Assembly (NCBI GenBank): GCA_965218295.1
Contig: CBDCKN010000001.1
Span: 34,321-98,320 of the forward strand
DNA length: 64,000 nt
Source: Longimicrobiales bacterium
Lineage (GTDB): Bacteria; Gemmatimonadota; Gemmatimonadetes; Longimicrobiales; Gaopeijiaceae
Direction of reading: 5' to 3'
The notes under the pieces are model-generated. The model saw nothing but the letters and a program-made list of their open reading frames with translations. It did no database searches and was not told where the DNA came from. The position numbers were made by a program, and so were the translations under genes. This document shows positions 59,969 to 64,000 of the stretch, in pieces (position 1 is the stretch's first letter; every line of letters starts with the position of its first letter).

Positions 59969-60796
59969 ATGCAGAAATGCAAGCGGTATGATTGGGTGAG
60001 ATTTCCGCCCGAAGTGATACGTAAGGCAGATTCCAGGCTGCATGACATTGTCCACAAGGAATCGCCCGATGCTGAGTTTGAATATCATCTGGCAGTAGGC
60101 CTCCACGGTGAGACTTGGAATCACGATAGCCTGGAAGAATTTTTTGCTGATTATCGGAAAGCAACTGACGATTATAGCTTCCGGTCAAGAGCGTACATAC
60201 ACGAAGGAGGGGGGTGTGGTTTTATTCTCGATGTCTTGCATCAAGTAATATTAGGAAAAGCAGTGTACACGATTGTGACAGTTTCAGCGCGTACCAGAGA
60301 AGATATCAACAATGTATTTGATGTATTTGAGGAGCGTATTGAGTCGTCGCGTATTCCTAGGCAAGAACCGTCTATTGAAAAGCCCACGATTTTCATTGGT
60401 CATGGACACAGCCAGTCCTGGAGAGATTTGAAAGATCACCTCTCTGACCAACACGGATATGAAATTGAAGCATACGAGACTGGTGCTCGTGCTGGCCATG
60501 CCATACGTGACATACTAGAAGATATGGTGGGAAAGAGTAATCTCGCTTTTCTAGTTCTAACCGGGGACGATCATGCCGAGGATAAGACCTCCAGGGCTCG
60601 GCAAAATGTGGTCCACGAAACTGGATTGTTTCAAGGCCGACTGGGGTTTGCGCGCGCGGTCGTCTTGGTCGAAGAAGGTGTTGAGGGATTCTCAAACCTT
60701 GACGGAATACAACAAATTCAATTTTCGAAGGCCAACATACGGGAAGCATTCGGCGATGTTCTGGCGACTATCAAGAGAGAGTTTCCTGATCGCTGA
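59969..60796 (+). CDS. TIR-like nucleotide-binding domain protein (CAP12/PycTIR-type TIR) with unknown N-terminal domain
   Basis: IFIGHG, AFLVLTGDD, RARQNVVHETGLFQGRLG, FSNLDGI. Confidence 0.85.
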   Translation: MQKCKRYDWVRFPPEVIRKADSRLHDIVHKESPDAEFEYHLAVGLHGETWNHDSLEEFFADYRKATDDYSFRSRAYIHEGGGCGFILDVLHQVILGKAVYTIVTVSARTREDINNVFDVFEERIESSRIPRQEPSIEKPTIFIGHGHSQSWRDLKDHLSDQHGYEIEAYETGARAGHAIRDILEDMVGKSNLAFLVLTGDDHAEDKTSRARQNVVHETGLFQGRLGFARAVVLVEEGVEGFSNLDGIQQIQFSKANIREAFGDVLATIKREFPDR

Positions 60797-60859
60797 GCTC
60801 AGCAAGCCCACTAAGACTGAACTAGGACTGACCGTAATGAATAGAGGTGGGTTTCCGTC

Positions 60860-62731
60860 TTGTTGAGTCCGATTATTGGATTCGGCCCTGGGAAGGGTCG
60901 CCTGTTCACGCAAAGCGTGTCGAAGCAATATCTCAGCGAGCGAAGTCTTGCGGAGATCCCACATCTCGAAGAGAAAACACATCGCCTTTCCGGGTGGCTG
61001 GCCCGACTCCAGGGAACTAGTGCAACTGAGGCTAGTCTGGAGGCCGCGTTCATTTCGCAGGTATTTGAGGGGATTCTTGAGTATCGTACGTTTCCGGTCG
61101 CGGGAGACTCTCACGCCTCCCTCTATCTCAAGCCACCGAGTAAGGTCACCGGTATCGGCCGAACCCCTGACGGGATTATCGGAGCCTTCGCTGAGGAGCA
61201 TTTCGAGACCCAGGCGATTCTTGAACTAAAGACGCCAGGTACAGATCTCGATCGTCCGCAAGCTCGTGCAAGCGGAGAGTCACCAGTAGGTCAGGCTCTC
61301 GAGTATGGACGCCAGATCCTCGGTACCCGTTGGGTGCTGGTGTCGGACATGAAAGTGATCCGGCTCTACTCAGTTGAGTCAGAGGCCGAATACGAAGAGA
61401 TCGACCTTTGTCGTTGCATAGGTCCAGACGAAGAGGCGACGGATGAATATTTAAGGCTCTATTATCTACTTGCTTTTCCGAACCTGATCGAGGGAGACAT
61501 GCTGTCGCCGGTCTCTCTAATCTACGAAAAATCGTCGGCCCGACAGCTTGAGATTCGAGATGGGTTCTACGAAGTCTACTACGAAATCCGTTCAGACCTC
61601 TTTGCCGCGATCAACAAAGCCTGCCAAGACCAACTAAGCCCGCCACCAGACAAGGTGGCAGTTCTCGAAGCCATGCAGAGGCTTCTTGACCGCCTCTTGT
61701 TTATTTACTACTGCGAGGATCATCCGGAACAGCTCATCCCAGACCGCACACTCGAGAGGGTGGTCGAGGCTGCCCAAGTACTTCCGGGAAGTAGTGGCAC
61801 TATAGTATACCGGGTTCTGAGGGATCTTTTTAGAGAGGTCGATGATGGGAGCCGCAGTGAGAGCGGCCTGAATATACTTGGTTACAACGGCGAGCTATTC
61901 AAAGAAGACGTGATCATCGACCAAATCGACCTTCCTGACCGGCTTGCGAGAAAGATTTATAAGGCGCGTGTTCCTTCAGGTGGGGAACGTCACATCAAAG
62001 GGGTGTGGGGCCTCCACGTATTCGATTTCTGGACCGAGTTGAATGAGCATCTACTCGGGCACGTGTTCGAGGAGTCTCTTTCTGACCTTAAGGAAATGGA
62101 AGTTGGAGAGCAGGTTTCCGTCGCTCATAAGCTGAACGAACGAAAGCTTGGTGGAATTTTCTACACTTCTAGTATGCTGTCTGATTTCATGGCAGCAAGT
62201 GCGCTGCGCTCCCTTCTTGGCGACCTGGCCCCCATAACTCCTGAATCAAAAAACATCGAGGTGGCGATTGATCAGCGTATTGAAGTGCTTAGTGGACTTC
62301 GGGTCCTAGATCCAGCGTGCGGGTCTGGAGCGTTTCTAGTCTCCACTTATAGGGAGATGCTCTCCGAGCTTCGGCATAGCCAAGCAGCAAGACGAGCACT
62401 CGGAAAGAAGAGTCACGATGGCCCTCTGGATATCTTCGAACAGGCAGAAATGATCAATCAGGCTTCCGTTCTACGAGAGTGCCTATTCGGAGTTGACTTA
62501 CTACCCCAGGCAGTAGAGATTGCCAAGCTTGCGCTTTGGCTGCAATCGGCCCAAAAAGGTGAGAGAGTTGCAGATCTCTCGTCTAATATTGTTTCCGGGG
62601 ATGCCCTCGCCGTTTCAAGATTTTTTGAGCAATTACCACCTGGAGAATCATCATTCGACCTAGTTATTGGTAATCCGCCTTGGGGTGCTGAAGTCAACGC
62701 CGTTGCACTAACAGAGGCTGCTGCCTCCTTG
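60860..62731 (+). pseudogene. Type IIG restriction-modification enzyme (nuclease + N6-adenine MTase), interrupted by IS3
   Basis: RTPDG..ELK PD-(D/E)xK motif, GIFYT, VLDPACGSGAFL, VIGNPPW; IS end begins at 62732. Confidence 0.85.
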
Positions 62732-63015
62732 CCCTCTCTGCCAACTTACGTGAGACACGGAGCAGCTAAGGAATTAGAGTAGGGCGAAGGCAGAGAAACC
62801 GAGGATGCTGAGACACCGAGAGAGAATGAAAGAGAATGGAATAGCCCCACCAACCTGGGACGGTAAGCGAAGCGCGGCAGCTCCTGCGGACTCGGAGGTG
62901 GTAGATAGGCCGCTGCGGCCGGCGGTTCGCTCCGTCGTACAAGCTGCGGATCGTCGAAGAAGCGGACCGGTGCACGGAGCCCGGAGAGGTTGGCCGACTC
63001 CTACGGCGGGAGGGC
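62732..63015 (+). mobile_element. IS3-family element, copy 3 (left part), interrupted by IS481
   Basis: Near-identical to copy 1 from ccctctcTGCCAAC onward, with one extra G. Confidence 0.9.
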
Positions 63016-64000
63016 TGTACAGAGATGGTAATGACCTGACAGTTGGCCCTCGCCGGAGCTGTGTCTAGGCTGCCTTCGTCTTAGCCTCCTCCTTCCTGGC
63101 CTTTGCGGCCTTCCTGGCGTCGGTGAGACCGGCCTTGAAGACCTGATAGGGCGTGCGGCCCTCCATGGCTCGACCGCGGTGCGGCCGCTTCCGGTTGTAG
63201 GTCTCCAGATACGCCTCGAGGTCCTGCTGCATCTCCTCGACGGTCTCGTACCAGGTGGTGCGGCCCTTCACCCTCAAGTGCTCGTCGAGGAGCGTGCGGT
63301 GGAAGCGCTCGATGAAGCCGTTGGACTGGGGCCTGCCCACCTTCGTCGTGCGGTGCTCGATGTCCTCGAGCTGAAGGAACAGCTCATATGGGTGACGGTC
63401 CGGACGGCCGCAGAACTCGCGGCCGTTGTCGCTGAGCACGGTCTTCACCCGGACCCGGTGCTCATCGAAGAACGGCAACACGTCGTTATTCATCACCTGC
63501 ACCGCCGTGAGCGGGAGCTTGCTCGTGTAGAGCCGGCCCCAGGCGTAGCGGCTGAAGCAATCGAGCACGGTCTGCAGGTACACCTTGCCGACCCCCTTCA
63601 GCGTTCCGACGAAGAACGTGTCCACGGCGACGAGGTCGCCCGGGTAATGGACTTCGATGTGGCGCTCCCGGAACTCGGGACTGAAGCGCTCCAGCAGCTC
63701 GATCTGCTCGTCGGTCAGCTTCAGCTTCCGTTCCCTGGCCGTCTCTTCGAGCCTGAGCAGCCGTTCGTGCTTCGTGGTGAGGCCATGCCGGCTCCACACG
63801 CCCCGTACGCCTCCTGAGCTCACCTGGATCCCTCCGAGCAGCAACTCGTCCGCGACCCGCTGAGCTCCGTGCGTCGGAGCCTCCAAGGCGTGGGCCAAGA
63901 CCGCCTGCTCAATCTCTTCACTCACCCGGTTCGGGTGCGGTCCCTTCGGCCCCGGAAGCTGGTCGATCAGCCCCTCGGCCCCGTAAAGCTGGAAGTTCCT
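63016..64000 (-). mobile_element. IS481-family element (partial; runs off the window)
   Basis: TGT terminus at 63016 where IS3 homology stops; carries the transposase below. Confidence 0.8.
63065..64000 (-). CDS. IS481-family transposase (5' end outside the window)
   Basis: PGDLVAVDTF, LSDNGREFCG, PQSNGFIERFHRT, YNRKRPH. Confidence 0.92.
   Translation of the reverse strand, partial: RNFQLYGAEGLIDQLPGPKGPHPNRVSEEIEQAVLAHALEAPTHGAQRVADELLLGGIQVSSGGVRGVWSRHGLTTKHERLLRLEETARERKLKLTDEQIELLERFSPEFRERHIEVHYPGDLVAVDTFFVGTLKGVGKVYLQTVLDCFSRYAWGRLYTSKLPLTAVQVMNNDVLPFFDEHRVRVKTVLSDNGREFCGRPDRHPYELFLQLEDIEHRTTKVGRPQSNGFIERFHRTLLDEHLRVKGRTTWYETVEEMQQDLEAYLETYNRKRPHRGRAMEGRTPYQVFKAGLTDARKAAKARKEEAKTKAA

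Noticed and set aside
1..64000. Many long antisense or alternate-frame ORFs in the track (e.g. 460-1773, 8677-9915, 15557-17053, 29967-31460, 43159-44100)
   Set aside because: They are shadow ORFs of GC-rich genes; they overlap genes with clear family motifs and have no motifs of their own.
1..64000. CRISPR array or cas genes
   Set aside because: No regularly spaced direct repeats were seen; the repeats found are dispersed or inverted.
1..64000. Selenoprotein (UGA readthrough) near selC
   Set aside because: The redox and Fe-S proteins here use ordinary Cys motifs, and the TGA stops I examined are normal ends, often ATGA/GTGA overlaps. The scan was not exhaustive.

Overview
GC-rich bacterial chromosomal window. 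The gene content (LPS heptose genes, lptE, lpxH, mla, an Omp85 fusion, M14 peptidase) indicates a diderm and is suggestive of Gemmatimonadota; the taxon is an inference. Bases 1-38136 are mostly housekeeping: M14 peptidase, mlaEFD, WD40/metallo-Omp85, tlpA, D-threonine aldolase-like enzyme, hldA, ridA, deoC plus a double-length ALDH, glnA, tRNA-Sec, lpxH, lptE, a 10-gene Mrp Na+/H+ antiporter, hemC-hldC-rph-rdgB-DUF971-hldD and tRNA-Pro. This part carries two dispersed non-coding repeat families: IS630-type MITEs sitting exactly on TAG stop codons, and an unexplained ~50-95 bp palindromic repeat. Downstream of tRNA-Pro is an accessory island. It holds a nested IS stack (IS30 hit by IS256 and IS1595, with IS3 inside the IS1595), an orphan attC, catabolic and RND efflux cargo, and a decayed integrative element (att-like end, AlpA and antitoxin fragments). 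That element lies next to a TIR-domain gene and a Type IIG R-M gene, the latter broken by IS3 and then IS481. The most unusual signals are: (i) three IS3-family copies whose conserved ends extend 7-8 bp outside the TG..CA inverted repeats with no ordinary target duplication; (ii) the palindromic dispersed repeat; (iii) the TIR + Type IIG pair. All calls come from motif recognition by eye; no database search was run. A few single-base frameshifts may be sequencing errors.
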